Positions 40,831 through 50,987 of a stretch of DNA of 64,000 nt are shown piece by piece; position 1 is the stretch's first letter, and every line of letters begins with the position of its first letter. Source of the stretch: an uncultured Clostridia bacterium. Its GTDB lineage: Bacteria > Bacillota > Clostridia > TANB77 > CAG-508. The notes below the pieces were generated by a model. That model was not told the origin of the DNA. It made no database searches and saw only the letters and a program-made list of their open reading frames with translations. The position numbers were made by a program, and so were the translations under genes. The stretch covers positions 3,091-67,090 of the forward strand of contig CALXJJ010000003.1 of NCBI GenBank assembly GCA_944388605.1, written 5' to 3'.

Positions 40831-42559
40831 ATGAATATAAAAAACTTTTTAAAACAAGTATTCTATCCCCAGGATTCTAAAGATTATGATTTTACTTTAC
40901 CAGAAACAACAAATCCTAGGCAAAATTTAGAAATTGATGATGAAAAAGTCAAAACAAATTATGATTCTCAAAGTGTTGATGAAGATATCTACAAAAATAC
41001 ACAAGAAATATTTCCAAGTGTAGATGTAAATTATGAATATATTAAAGTAAAATACAACACATTAATAAATAGTGATATTGTAACTAGAAAGTTTATTTTA
41101 AATATAAGGAACAAACAATATAAAGCTTTTATACTATACATCGACGGTATGGTTAATACTACAACTATTAATGATTTTATTCTAAAACCACTAATGCTTA
41201 AAAATTCTTCTAATAGCTTTGATGGTGAACAAAACAGAGTAGTTTCTGAAGCAATTAGTAATAATATAACTGTTCGCAGAATAAAAAAATTTGATATATC
41301 TGAATATGTCTCAAATTGTTTAATACCTCAAAACAATGTTACTGAATGTAAAGATTTTCAAAAAGCTATATCTGGTACAAATTCTGGTGATTGTATTCTT
41401 TTTATAGATACACTTAATATTGCATTTGATATTGAAGTAAAAGGTTTTGAAAAAAGGTCTCTTGGCGAACCTAACAATGAAATTGTAGTACGTGGTGCTC
41501 AAGTAGCTTTTACAGAAACAATTCGTACTAATACTTCTCTTTTAAGAAGATTTGTAAATAATGAAAATTTAATTATAGAAAATGTAGATGTTGGTAAAAT
41601 TAGTAAAACAAAATGTGCTATTTGTTATATTAAAAATATTGCAAATTCAGATTTAGTAGCAGAAGTAAAGTATAGAATTAATAATCTTAATATAGATTAT
41701 TTAATTTCTTCTGGTAAACTAGAACAATTAATTGAAGATAAAAATTCTACACTTCCACAATTAATAGCAACTGAAAGACCTGATAAAGCTACAAATTATC
41801 TAATAGAAGGTCGTGTTGTTATAATAGTAAATGGTAGTCCATATGTCTTAATTGCTCCAGCTGTGTTTACAGATTTTTTAAATTCACCTGAAGATCTTAA
41901 TTTAAAATATCAGTTTTCTAATTTGTTAAAATTTATTAGAATTATAGCTTTTATATTAACTCTATTATTACCTGGTATATATATTGCAATTACAAACTTT
42001 CACCAAGAATTTATACCTACAGAATTATTATTTGCTATTGTTGCTTCAAGAGAAGCAGTACCATTTCCTATAATATTTGAAATTTTTCTTATGGAATTTT
42101 CTTTTGAATTAATAAGAGAGGCAGGACTTAGAGTTCCATCACCTATAGGTCCTACTGTTCGGAATTGTTGGTGCTCTAATTTTAGGACAAGCAGCAGTGG
42201 AAGCAACAATTGTTAGTCCTATACTAATAATTATTGTCGCTATAACAGGAATAGCATCATTTGCTATACCAGACTTTTCATTGAGTTTTCATGCAAGAAT
42301 CTCTAGATTTATTTATATTATTTTTGGTTATATTGGTGGATTTTTGGGAATTGGAACAGCTATATGTATTCACATATTTATTTTAGCCAATATGAAGTCA
42401 TTTGGTGTAGAATATCTCTCTCCTTATTTTTCTAAAGCAAATAGTCTTAATAAAGGTATGATATTATCTCCTATATGGAAAAGACAATTCAGAGCTAATT
42501 TTTTGAATACAAAACGTAAAGAAAAACAAGATGATATTAGTATGAAATGGAAAGCATAA
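40831..42559 (+). pseudogene. spore germination receptor A subunit (GerA/GerKA family) split by a +1 frameshift near 42160
   Basis: ORFs 40831..42216 and 42197..42559 are consecutive parts of one GerA-family protein. Removing c42160 in ACTGTTcGGAATTGTTGGTGCT restores ...SPIGPTVGIVGALILGQAAVEATIVSPIL... Confidence 0.8.
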
Positions 42560-42584
42560 TTTTTAAGAAAGGATCGATTTTTTC

Positions 42585-43688
42585 ATGAATTATTCCAAAA
42601 TTGGTACTTTAGAAGCTATTGGTATTGTTTTTATAGTATTATGTAATCATTTAGTTTTAAATATGCCTCAAAGCATTATAAGTTCAACAGGTTCTGCTTC
42701 TATATTAAATATAGCATATGTATTTTTATTAGCTCTTTTATTTATATTATTAGTAATTAAACTTTTTAAAAATTTTTCTACTTATGACATTATAGATGTT
42801 TCTGAATTTTTAGGTGGAAAATTTTTAAAAGTACTAATATCTATTATTATATTATTATATTTTATACTTACATCTTCTACTCTAATTAGAAACTTTAGTG
42901 AAGGACTAAAAATAATATATTTTACTAACTATCCTATTTATGCTATATTATTATTTTTTATAGTCTCTGCTACAATATGTAACTATTTTGGTAGTAAAAC
43001 TGTTATAAGAGCTAATTTGCTTATTATTCCAATTATTTTTATAAGTTTATTGTTAGTGTTTATCGCTTCTTTTAATAATATTATACCACAGAGGGCACTA
43101 CCAATTCTAGGATATGGTAGCTATGAAACTTTTATACAGGGTATATCTAACATATTTTCTTTTAATGGCTTATTTTACTTATTTTTTATACTCCCTATGC
43201 TTGACAAAAAAGAAAATTTTTCAAAAATATCTCTAATTTCTATTATAATTATAGGAGCAATAATATTAATTTGTATAACTTGCCTACTATTAGCATTTCC
43301 TTTTATAACTAGTTTTAAAGAACTCTCACCATTATATTTAACTATAAGATATACTCATTTTGGAGATTTTTTTCAAAGACCTGAATCTTTATTCATATTA
43401 ACATGGATAATTTCAATGATATCATATATAAGTGTATCATTAATGTTTTCGATAAAAATATTTAAAAAATTAACTAATATAGAACATGAAAAATATATGA
43501 TATTACCTTTTAGTGCTATTTTATTTATTTTTTCTTTAGCTCCAAAAGGTATGGCTGAAATTAGCTTTTTAGAAAATACAGTATATAAATGGTTAACGAT
43601 TTTTATTACTTTTGTTTTGTTTTTATTTATTTTAATATTTGCAAATATCAAATATAGAAGAAAAAAATCTAAGGAGGCTCAAACTTAA
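42585..43688 (+). CDS. spore germination receptor B subunit (GerAB family, APC-like permease)
   Basis: 367 aa, 10 TM, GerAB-type N-terminus MNYSKIGTLEAIGIVF. Confidence 0.85.
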   Translation: MNYSKIGTLEAIGIVFIVLCNHLVLNMPQSIISSTGSASILNIAYVFLLALLFILLVIKLFKNFSTYDIIDVSEFLGGKFLKVLISIIILLYFILTSSTLIRNFSEGLKIIYFTNYPIYAILLFFIVSATICNYFGSKTVIRANLLIIPIIFISLLLVFIASFNNIIPQRALPILGYGSYETFIQGISNIFSFNGLFYLFFILPMLDKKENFSKISLISIIIIGAIILICITCLLLAFPFITSFKELSPLYLTIRYTHFGDFFQRPESLFILTWIISMISYISVSLMFSIKIFKKLTNIEHEKYMILPFSAILFIFSLAPKGMAEISFLENTVYKWLTIFITFVLFLFILIFANIKYRRKKSKEAQT

Positions 43689-43689
43689 T

Positions 43690-44988
43690 ATGCAAACTTT
43701 TAAAAAAATTTTAGTATCTATTATATTATTACTTTTGTTTATATTTATTTTTACTAATCCATATTTAAGTTTTCATAATATAGATAGCTTAGCATATGTA
43801 GTTGCACTTGGTTTAGACGTAGGAGAAACTAATAATCTTAAATTAAGTTTACAATTATATAAGCCTACTGAATCTTCTGGTAGTTCGAGTGGTTCTTCTC
43901 AAAGTTCAAATTCGTTAATAAATTCTGTTGATTGTTCATCTATTAGTTCTGGTATTAATTTATTTAATAGTTATATTAGTAAACAAATATCGCTTTCTCA
44001 TTGTAAAGTCATAGTAATCTCTGAAGAATTAGCAAAACAAGGTATTTCGAAATATCTATATACTCTTGTAAATAATGTGCAAATTGGTTCAGATTGTAAT
44101 ATAATAATTTCTAAATCTGATTCATATTCATTTTTAGAAAATTCAAAACCTACAGTTGAAAAATTGATTGCTAGATATTATGAGTCTGCTCCTATGTCTA
44201 GCTTATATACGGGTTTTACAGAAGATGTTACACTTGGAGATTTCTTTTCAGATTATACTGATTCTTTTAAACAACCTCACGCAATCCTAGGTTCTATAAA
44301 CACTTCTCAAACTCAAGATAATGTAACATCTTCTAATAATGCTAAAACAAATACTAGTTCTTCTACCGCTTCTATTACTGATAACACCAATTATGAAAAT
44401 GACAATAAAGATAGTGATTATATTGCCGGTGAAACACCTATAACCTCTGAAAATAATATAGAAAGCATGGGACTTGCGGTTTTTTACTCAGATAAACTTG
44501 TTGGTGAATTAAATGCTCTCGAAACATTATGTCATATGATAGTAGTAAATAAAATTCAAACAGCAGAAATTCAGATTTCTAGCCCTGTTAACCTTAATGA
44601 AAAAATAGATATCTCTTTAAAACAAAATCTTGCTCCTAAAATATCTTTAAAAATCATTAATAATACTCCATATATTAAAATAAATCTTAATATTAATGCC
44701 CGAATACGATCTATGGATGAAAACTCTGAACATTTAAATGAAGACAATATTTTAAAAATAGAAGAATCGGTTAATAAATATTTAGAAGAAAACATTTCTG
44801 CTTACTTGTATAAAACAGCTAAGCAATTTAATTCAGATATTGTTGGCTTTGGCAAATATGCTGTTGGATATTTTAAAACACTAGATGAATGGCAAGATTA
44901 TAATTGGCTATACAATTATAGAAATTCATTTTTTGATGTAACAGTAAACTCTGATATTAAGTCTACTTATCTTTTAATGGATAATTAA
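43690..44988 (+). CDS. spore germination receptor C subunit (GerAC family) with non-lipobox N-terminal anchor and Ser/Thr/Asn-rich insertions
   Basis: Conserved GerC segment DSLAYVVALGLDVGE. Start at MQTFKK (TAATATG after AAGGAGG), track 43639. No Cys in the signal region. Confidence 0.75.
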   Translation: MQTFKKILVSIILLLLFIFIFTNPYLSFHNIDSLAYVVALGLDVGETNNLKLSLQLYKPTESSGSSSGSSQSSNSLINSVDCSSISSGINLFNSYISKQISLSHCKVIVISEELAKQGISKYLYTLVNNVQIGSDCNIIISKSDSYSFLENSKPTVEKLIARYYESAPMSSLYTGFTEDVTLGDFFSDYTDSFKQPHAILGSINTSQTQDNVTSSNNAKTNTSSSTASITDNTNYENDNKDSDYIAGETPITSENNIESMGLAVFYSDKLVGELNALETLCHMIVVNKIQTAEIQISSPVNLNEKIDISLKQNLAPKISLKIINNTPYIKINLNINARIRSMDENSEHLNEDNILKIEESVNKYLEENISAYLYKTAKQFNSDIVGFGKYAVGYFKTLDEWQDYNWLYNYRNSFFDVTVNSDIKSTYLLMDN

Positions 44989-44995
44989 TTTATTC

Positions 44996-45167
44996 TTTTT
45001 TATTGAATAGGAAAAATCGAATTTTTCTTATTCAACAAAAAACAACATTGCGCAGAAAAATTGCTATGCAATTTTTCTGTGTCGACAAATCTTTACTCTT
45101 CTTCGAGAACTTAAATATATATAGTGTTAAGTTAGAAAAGTCCTCGCGAAGCGAGATTTGTCCATTT
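44996..45167 (-). repeat. copy B of about 172-bp repeat (inverted relative to copy A at 23617-23792)
   Basis: Reverse complement aligns with 23617-23792. Lies immediately after gerC stop. Confidence 0.75.
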
Positions 45168-45214
45168 CAAATACATGTCATTATATAAATTCTTTTATGA
45201 AAGGAAAATTTTTT

Positions 45215-45379
45215 ATGAAAACTATAATATTCATTTTATCTTTATATATTTTTTTACAAACCTCTATATATGGAATTTATGAAATAAAACAAAATAAAAA
45301 AAAGCTAGTTGGAGCAGTTATTATAATAATATCAACTATTTGCTTATTTGCTCCAACTATACTTTTACAATTTAGATAA
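45215..45379 (+). CDS. hypothetical small membrane protein (54 aa, 2 TM)
   Basis: MKTIIFILSLYIFLQTSIYG...IIIISTICLFAPTILL. RBS AAAGGAAAA. Confidence 0.4.
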   Translation: MKTIIFILSLYIFLQTSIYGIYEIKQNKKKLVGAVIIIISTICLFAPTILLQFR

Positions 45380-45415
45380 TATTATTAATTTATAGCAATT
45401 ATACAGACCCTAGAT

Positions 45416-45979
45416 TTATTTTAATGAAATACCTCTTTTTGCTACAATTTTATCTGCTACCATGTATTTGTCTCCTGCATAAAGTAAAGTTTCTACATTA
45501 GAAAAATCTATTAGTTTATTTCCATTATTTAATATATTTATATAATTATCATCACAATGTACACTTACTACTTCTCCTATAAACATATCATGTGAACCTA
45601 AATCTCTAATTTCTTTTACTCTACACTCTAAATTTATTGGGCACTCTTTTATTAAAGGTGCCTTTATTTCATTTGATTTTTCTTTTGTTAAACCTGCTTC
45701 CTTAAATTTATCAATATCTTTTCCTGTTTTCGTTCCACAGAAATCGACTTGCCATACTAAATTTTTATTTGGTATATTTACTGCGAACTCACCTGTTTCT
45801 TTTATTATATTATATGAATATCTATTTTTTCTAATAGACACATAAACAGTTGGTGGTTCTGAACTTGCAATCCCAGTCCATGCTATTGTAATAATATTAG
45901 ATTTTTCTTCATTCCCACAAGATACCATTACAACTGGTACAGGTGCCATACTTGTATTTGGATTTAATATTTCTTTCAT
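45416..45979 (-). CDS. flavin reductase-like FMN-binding protein (flavoredoxin family)
   Basis: PVPVVMVSCGNEE...IITIAWTG pattern of flavin reductase-like domain. Confidence 0.75.
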   Translation of the reverse strand: MKEILNPNTSMAPVPVVMVSCGNEEKSNIITIAWTGIASSEPPTVYVSIRKNRYSYNIIKETGEFAVNIPNKNLVWQVDFCGTKTGKDIDKFKEAGLTKEKSNEIKAPLIKECPINLECRVKEIRDLGSHDMFIGEVVSVHCDDNYINILNNGNKLIDFSNVETLLYAGDKYMVADKIVAKRGISLK

Positions 45980-46002
45980 TGTTTATTCCTCCTTAATTAA
46001 TT

Positions 46003-47916
46003 TTATTCACAATATGCAAAGTCTATTCTTCTTGTTTCTTTATCTGCACTAATAACTTTTATTTTCATTTTATCTCCCATTTTATATATTTTATTAGATC
46101 TTTCTCCAATTAGTTGTTTTCTTTCATCATCATATAAAAAGTATTCATTACCTAGATTTTCAAACCTTACTAACCCTTCTACCGTATTTTCCAATTGTAC
46201 AAATATACCAAATTGTGTAACTCCAGATATAATTCCTTCATACTCTTCTCCTATTTTTGTAGACATATATTCTGCTTTCTTTATATCTTCACTATCCCTT
46301 TCTACCTTCTGAGCTACTTTTTCTCTTTCAGATGATGTTTGTGCATATTTAGTTGCTTGATCATAATACTTTTCTAATTTATCTACTTTATAATTATTTT
46401 CTAAATACTTTGATATAATTCTATGTATAAAAAGGTCTGGATATCTACGTATAGGAGATGTAAAATGGCAATAATATTTACTAGCTATACCAAAATGTCC
46501 CTTATTTTCACTCTCATATCTTGCAACTTTTAAAGTTCTTAATATTAAATTAGATACAATCATTTCTTCTTGCTTTCCTTTTACGTCTTTCAAAACTTTT
46601 GCAAATTCTGTTGGATAAACCTTTTCGTTTACTATTTTTATTTTGTATCCAAAATTATATAAAAATTTATTAAGTTCTTTTATTTTATCTATATCTGGTA
46701 CTTCATGTACACGATATATAAATGGAGCATGCAACCAATAAAATTTTTCTGCTATTGTTTCATTTGCTATTAACATAAATTGCTCTATTATTTCATTTGC
46801 AAAATTAAGTTCATATTTTTTTACATCTACTGCTATTCCGTTTTTATTTAAAATTATTTTACTTTCTGGAATATCTAAATTTAAGCTTCCTGATTTATCT
46901 CTTCTTTCTTTTAGTATATTTGCCAATTCAGCCATTAATTTAAAGTGATTAACATATTCCTTATTTTCTTCCACAGATTTTTCGTCATTTTCTAATATAG
47001 CATATACTTCATTATAGCTCATTCTTTTTGTCACATTTATAATACTTTTTTTTACTTCAGATGAAACTACTCTTCCTTTTTTATCTATCTCCATTATGAC
47101 AGAAATAGTAAGTCTATCTTCTCCTACATTCAAACTACATATTCCATTTGAGAGCTCTCTTGGAAGCATTGGAATTACCCTATCCATCATATATATACTT
47201 GTTCCTCTTAATCTTGCTTCTTTATCAAGTTTTGAATTTTCTGCTACATAATAACTAACATCTGCTATATGAACACCCAAGTAATAATTTCCATTTTTTA
47301 ATTTTCTCACACAAACTGCATCATCTAAATCTTTAGCATCTTCCCCGTCAATCGTAAAAATTTGTTCATTTCTTAAATCAAGTCTATTAGGTATATCTTT
47401 TTTATCTATTTTACTTACAATCTGTGCTTCTTTTACAACAGGCTCTGGAAATGTGTATGGAAGCTTGTACTCTTTTATTAAAGATAACATATCAACTCCA
47501 GCCTCATTTACATTCCCAATAACCTCTATTACTTTTCCTTCTGCATTTTTATTTTTTTCTGGATATTTTAATATTTTAACTAAAACTTTACTATTATTTC
47601 TTGCTTTACCAAAATTCTTTTTAGATATAAATATATCAGTTCCAAATTTCCTATCATCTGGTACAACAAATCCAAAATTATTATTTTTTGTAAATGTTCC
47701 CACTATAGTGTCTCTTTCACGTTTTAATACTTTCTTTATTTTGCCTTCTCTATGTAGATCATTTTTTACATTTAAAATTTCTATTAATACTCTATCTCCA
47801 TTTAAAGAGTTCATCGTATTTTCTTTAGAAATATATATTTCTTCATCTGATTCCTCTAGCTTAACAAATCCAAACCCTTTTTCTGAACCTCTAAATATCC
47901 CAATATTATTTTTCAT
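46003..47916 (-). CDS. rnr: ribonuclease R (RNB family 3'-5' exoribonuclease)
   Basis: Cold-shock/OB N-terminus GFGFV, RNB catalytic domain, C-terminal S1. Sits downstream of secG. Confidence 0.85.
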   Translation of the reverse strand: MKNNIGIFRGSEKGFGFVKLEESDEEIYISKENTMNSLNGDRVLIEILNVKNDLHREGKIKKVLKRERDTIVGTFTKNNNFGFVVPDDRKFGTDIFISKKNFGKARNNSKVLVKILKYPEKNKNAEGKVIEVIGNVNEAGVDMLSLIKEYKLPYTFPEPVVKEAQIVSKIDKKDIPNRLDLRNEQIFTIDGEDAKDLDDAVCVRKLKNGNYYLGVHIADVSYYVAENSKLDKEARLRGTSIYMMDRVIPMLPRELSNGICSLNVGEDRLTISVIMEIDKKGRVVSSEVKKSIINVTKRMSYNEVYAILENDEKSVEENKEYVNHFKLMAELANILKERRDKSGSLNLDIPESKIILNKNGIAVDVKKYELNFANEIIEQFMLIANETIAEKFYWLHAPFIYRVHEVPDIDKIKELNKFLYNFGYKIKIVNEKVYPTEFAKVLKDVKGKQEEMIVSNLILRTLKVARYESENKGHFGIASKYYCHFTSPIRRYPDLFIHRIISKYLENNYKVDKLEKYYDQATKYAQTSSEREKVAQKVERDSEDIKKAEYMSTKIGEEYEGIISGVTQFGIFVQLENTVEGLVRFENLGNEYFLYDDERKQLIGERSNKIYKMGDKMKIKVISADKETRRIDFAYCE

Positions 47917-47983
47917 ATTATCACACCCTATAATTGGTCAAATTTTAAAAAGCACTATCTCCATATGATTAGTGCTTCTTCAT

Positions 47984-48244
47984 CTATATTACATATAATA
48001 TACTTAGTGCTATAGCTAATACTACAAAAACTATTCCTAGAATAATAGTCCATCTTTTCATTTTGCCTTCTTTTGTTCTACCTTTATTTTTTTCATAAAA
48101 ATTATTTGTTGTAGAGCCTGTAATTGCTGCTGAAGCTCCAGATTGCTCTTTACTTTGTAATGTAGCTATAATTATTAGTGCAACACATACAATAAGGTAT
48201 ATTACCCATATAATATTTTTTGCTATTTCCATTTTTACCTCCAT
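47984..48244 (-). CDS. secG: preprotein translocase subunit SecG
   Basis: Two-TM small protein with LQSKEQSGASAAITGS loop. Conserved secG-rnr order. Confidence 0.75.
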   Translation of the reverse strand: MEVKMEIAKNIIWVIYLIVCVALIIIATLQSKEQSGASAAITGSTTNNFYEKNKGRTKEGKMKRWTIILGIVFVVLAIALSILYVI

Positions 48245-48494
48245 TCGAGCCTTTTTGCTCTAACAAAAATTTGCTAGATATCTTCTTACCGCAATTATTG
48301 TACCACATATACCAAAAAAAAGCAAATAAATTTTACAATTTTGTTTAATATATAGTCTCTTATAATCGTATATTACTTGATCGGTATAATACAATATTAT
48401 TGGTATAAAATTATTCCTTTGTTACATATTATAACATATTTTTCTTGAAACTTCCCCATTGACAATATATGATATAATTTATTAGGTGATATTA

Positions 48495-50819
48495 ATGAAC
48501 AAATACTTAAAAATATTAGAATTTGATAAAATATTGCAAATACTTTCTTCTTTTTGTTATAGTGATATTGGTAAAAATCTTGCATTAAATTTAAAACCTA
48601 GTTTTAATAAGTCTGATGTAGAATATTTGCAATTGGAAACCTCAGAAATGTATGATTTTATAATAAAAAAAGGAAACTTACCAATGTTTAATTTTCCAGA
48701 TGTTTCTGTATATTTTAAGGAGCTAGAAAGTGGGTATTCACTTAGTATTAAGGCTATTTTAGAAATCCTTCAAATACTAAAGCTATCATATAATTTAAAA
48801 AAAATATATGCTGAAGAAAATTTTTCTTCATTAAATATTTTATTTAATGAATTGTACTCTAACATTGGAATTATTGAAAAAATAAATTCTTGTATTATAG
48901 ATGAGAATACTATTAATGATTCCGCTTCTTCAGAATTAAAACATATAAGGATTGAACTACGTTCTTGTATTGGTTCTATTCGTAATAAATTAAACTCATA
49001 TATTCATTCTCATAGTAAATATATTATGGAACCAATAATTACTATTAGGAATAATAGATTCGTAATTCCTGTTAAAGAAGAATATAAACATGAAATAAAA
49101 GGTTTTATACATGATATTTCATCTAGTGGTTCTACTGTATTTATAGAACCTACAGATGTTTTTGAAATAAATAATAAAATTAGTTCTTTGAAAATAAATG
49201 AACAAACTGAAATTGAAAAAATTCTTTTTGACCTTTCTAAATTGTTCTTTCCTATAATTCAAGAACTAAAAAAAGACTTAAATTTATTAAGTACTATTGA
49301 TTTATTGCAAGCTAAAGTTCAATATAGTAAATTCATTTCTGGTGAGAAACCTATTATAACAGAGAAAAAAGTAATTTCTTTAATAGGTGCTAGACATCCT
49401 CTTATTGATAGGAATAAGGCTGTTCCAATTGACTTAGAAATAGGTAAAGATTTTTCTACATTACTAATAACTGGTCCAAATACTGGAGGTAAAACTGTAA
49501 CTTTAAAAACTGTAGGTCTTTTATGCCTAATGACTTATATAGGATTGCAAATTCCTTCAAGTGAAAATAGTGTAATTTATGTTTTTGACAATATATTTGC
49601 AGATATTGGAGATGAACAAAGTATTTCCGAATCATTAAGTACTTTTTCATCACATATTAAAAATATAATTGAAATACTAAATACTGCTACAACTAATAGC
49701 CTAGTACTCTTAGATGAATTAGGTTCTGGAACAGATCCAATAGAAGGTGCTAGTCTTGGAATAAGTATATTAGAAAAATTACATTCCATTCAAATTATTA
49801 CACTTGTTACAACACATTATCCTGAAATAAAAAATTATGCTCTTGTTACAAATGGGTTTGAAAATGCTTCTTGTGAATTTGATATAGAAAATTTGAAACC
49901 TACATACAAACTACTTCTTGGTGTTCCTGGAAAAAGCAATGCATTTTCTATAAGTAAACGTTTAGGTTTATCAGATGATATTTTAAAAAGAGCCAAATAT
50001 TTTTTAAAAGATGAACATATTAGAACTGAAGAATTATTAAAAAATATATATGATAACAAAATTATAATAGAAAAAGAGAAAGAAAATATAGAAAAAAATT
50101 CTACTCAAATAGAATTACTTAGAAAATCTTTGGAAAATGATAAAAAGTTATTATTTGAAAAAGAAAATGAAATTATAAATAAAGCTAAACAGCAAGCTAG
50201 AAATATTATCATTAATGCACAAGATGATGTAAATAAAATTTTAAAAGAACTTAATAATAGTAATGATTTAAAAAAAGCCAATAAACTTAGGAAAGAATTA
50301 CATTCATCACTAGCTGAATTACATGATGATAATATTAGTAGCACTACTAATTCATCTATTATTGATCCTAAAAACATTAAAATTGGTAATTTAGTTTTTA
50401 TAAAAACTTTAAATAAAGAAGGAAAAGTTCTAACTCTACCTAATCGCTCTAATGAAGTTCAAGTACAAATTGGTAATGCTAAAATGAATGTTAAAATTGA
50501 AAATCTAAGCATTATAGAAAATCATATTAATATTTCAAAGACTTCATTTACTAGTATAAAGAAAATCAAAAAATGTCCTAAACTAGAAATTAATGTAATT
50601 GGTCTTAATGTAGAAGAAGCCAATTTTGTAATTGATAAATATTTAGATGATAGTTATTTATCTGGTCTTACATCTGTTAGAATTGTGCATGGAAAAGGTA
50701 GTGGAAAATTAAGAGAAGGAATTCATAAATTTTTAAGAAATCATCCTCATGTAAAAAATTTTCGACTTGGAACCTTTGGTGAAGGAGAAATGGGAGTAAC
50801 TGTTGTAGAATTAAAATAA
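48495..50819 (+). CDS. mutS2: endonuclease MutS2 (MutS-like ATPase with C-terminal Smr domain)
   Basis: Walker A GPNTGGKT. C-terminal Smr (LDDSYLSGLTSVRIVHGKGSGKLREG). Start at MNKYLKILEFDKIL after AGGTGA. Confidence 0.95.
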   Translation: MNKYLKILEFDKILQILSSFCYSDIGKNLALNLKPSFNKSDVEYLQLETSEMYDFIIKKGNLPMFNFPDVSVYFKELESGYSLSIKAILEILQILKLSYNLKKIYAEENFSSLNILFNELYSNIGIIEKINSCIIDENTINDSASSELKHIRIELRSCIGSIRNKLNSYIHSHSKYIMEPIITIRNNRFVIPVKEEYKHEIKGFIHDISSSGSTVFIEPTDVFEINNKISSLKINEQTEIEKILFDLSKLFFPIIQELKKDLNLLSTIDLLQAKVQYSKFISGEKPIITEKKVISLIGARHPLIDRNKAVPIDLEIGKDFSTLLITGPNTGGKTVTLKTVGLLCLMTYIGLQIPSSENSVIYVFDNIFADIGDEQSISESLSTFSSHIKNIIEILNTATTNSLVLLDELGSGTDPIEGASLGISILEKLHSIQIITLVTTHYPEIKNYALVTNGFENASCEFDIENLKPTYKLLLGVPGKSNAFSISKRLGLSDDILKRAKYFLKDEHIRTEELLKNIYDNKIIIEKEKENIEKNSTQIELLRKSLENDKKLLFEKENEIINKAKQQARNIIINAQDDVNKILKELNNSNDLKKANKLRKELHSSLAELHDDNISSTTNSSIIDPKNIKIGNLVFIKTLNKEGKVLTLPNRSNEVQVQIGNAKMNVKIENLSIIENHINISKTSFTSIKKIKKCPKLEINVIGLNVEEANFVIDKYLDDSYLSGLTSVRIVHGKGSGKLREGIHKFLRNHPHVKNFRLGTFGEGEMGVTVVELK

Positions 50820-50848
50820 TGTTAAGAACAAAAGCGACATGATTAATT

Positions 50849-50886
50849 TATATATTAGGAAAAGTTAACATAACTTTCCTAATATA
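50849..50886. repeat. TAGGAAAG..CTTTCCTA hairpin repeat copy
   Basis: tatatattaggaaagttaacataactttcctaatatata, same palindromic module as 21949-21975. Confidence 0.5.
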
Positions 50887-50893
50887 TAATAAA

Positions 50894-50972
50894 TTACACT
50901 TCTTAGAAAACTTAAATATATACAGTTTAATTATATACTAGAAAAAGTTCTCTAAGAAGTGTAAAGTTTTTT
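50894..50972 (+). terminator. mutS2 terminator: 12-bp stem hairpin followed by T7
   Basis: acacttcttaga...tctaagaagtgt then aagttttttt. Confidence 0.45.
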
Positions 50973-50987
50973 TGTATTATATATTTT

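Noticed and set aside
23617-45167. Inverted-repeat-bounded 21-kb segment as a prophage, ICE or genomic island
   Set aside because: Contents are single-copy core genes (proS, prmC, asd, dapAB, spoIVA). There is no integrase, recombinase, transposase or phage gene. Composition is the same as the flanks. The repeats are inverted, not direct att-like.
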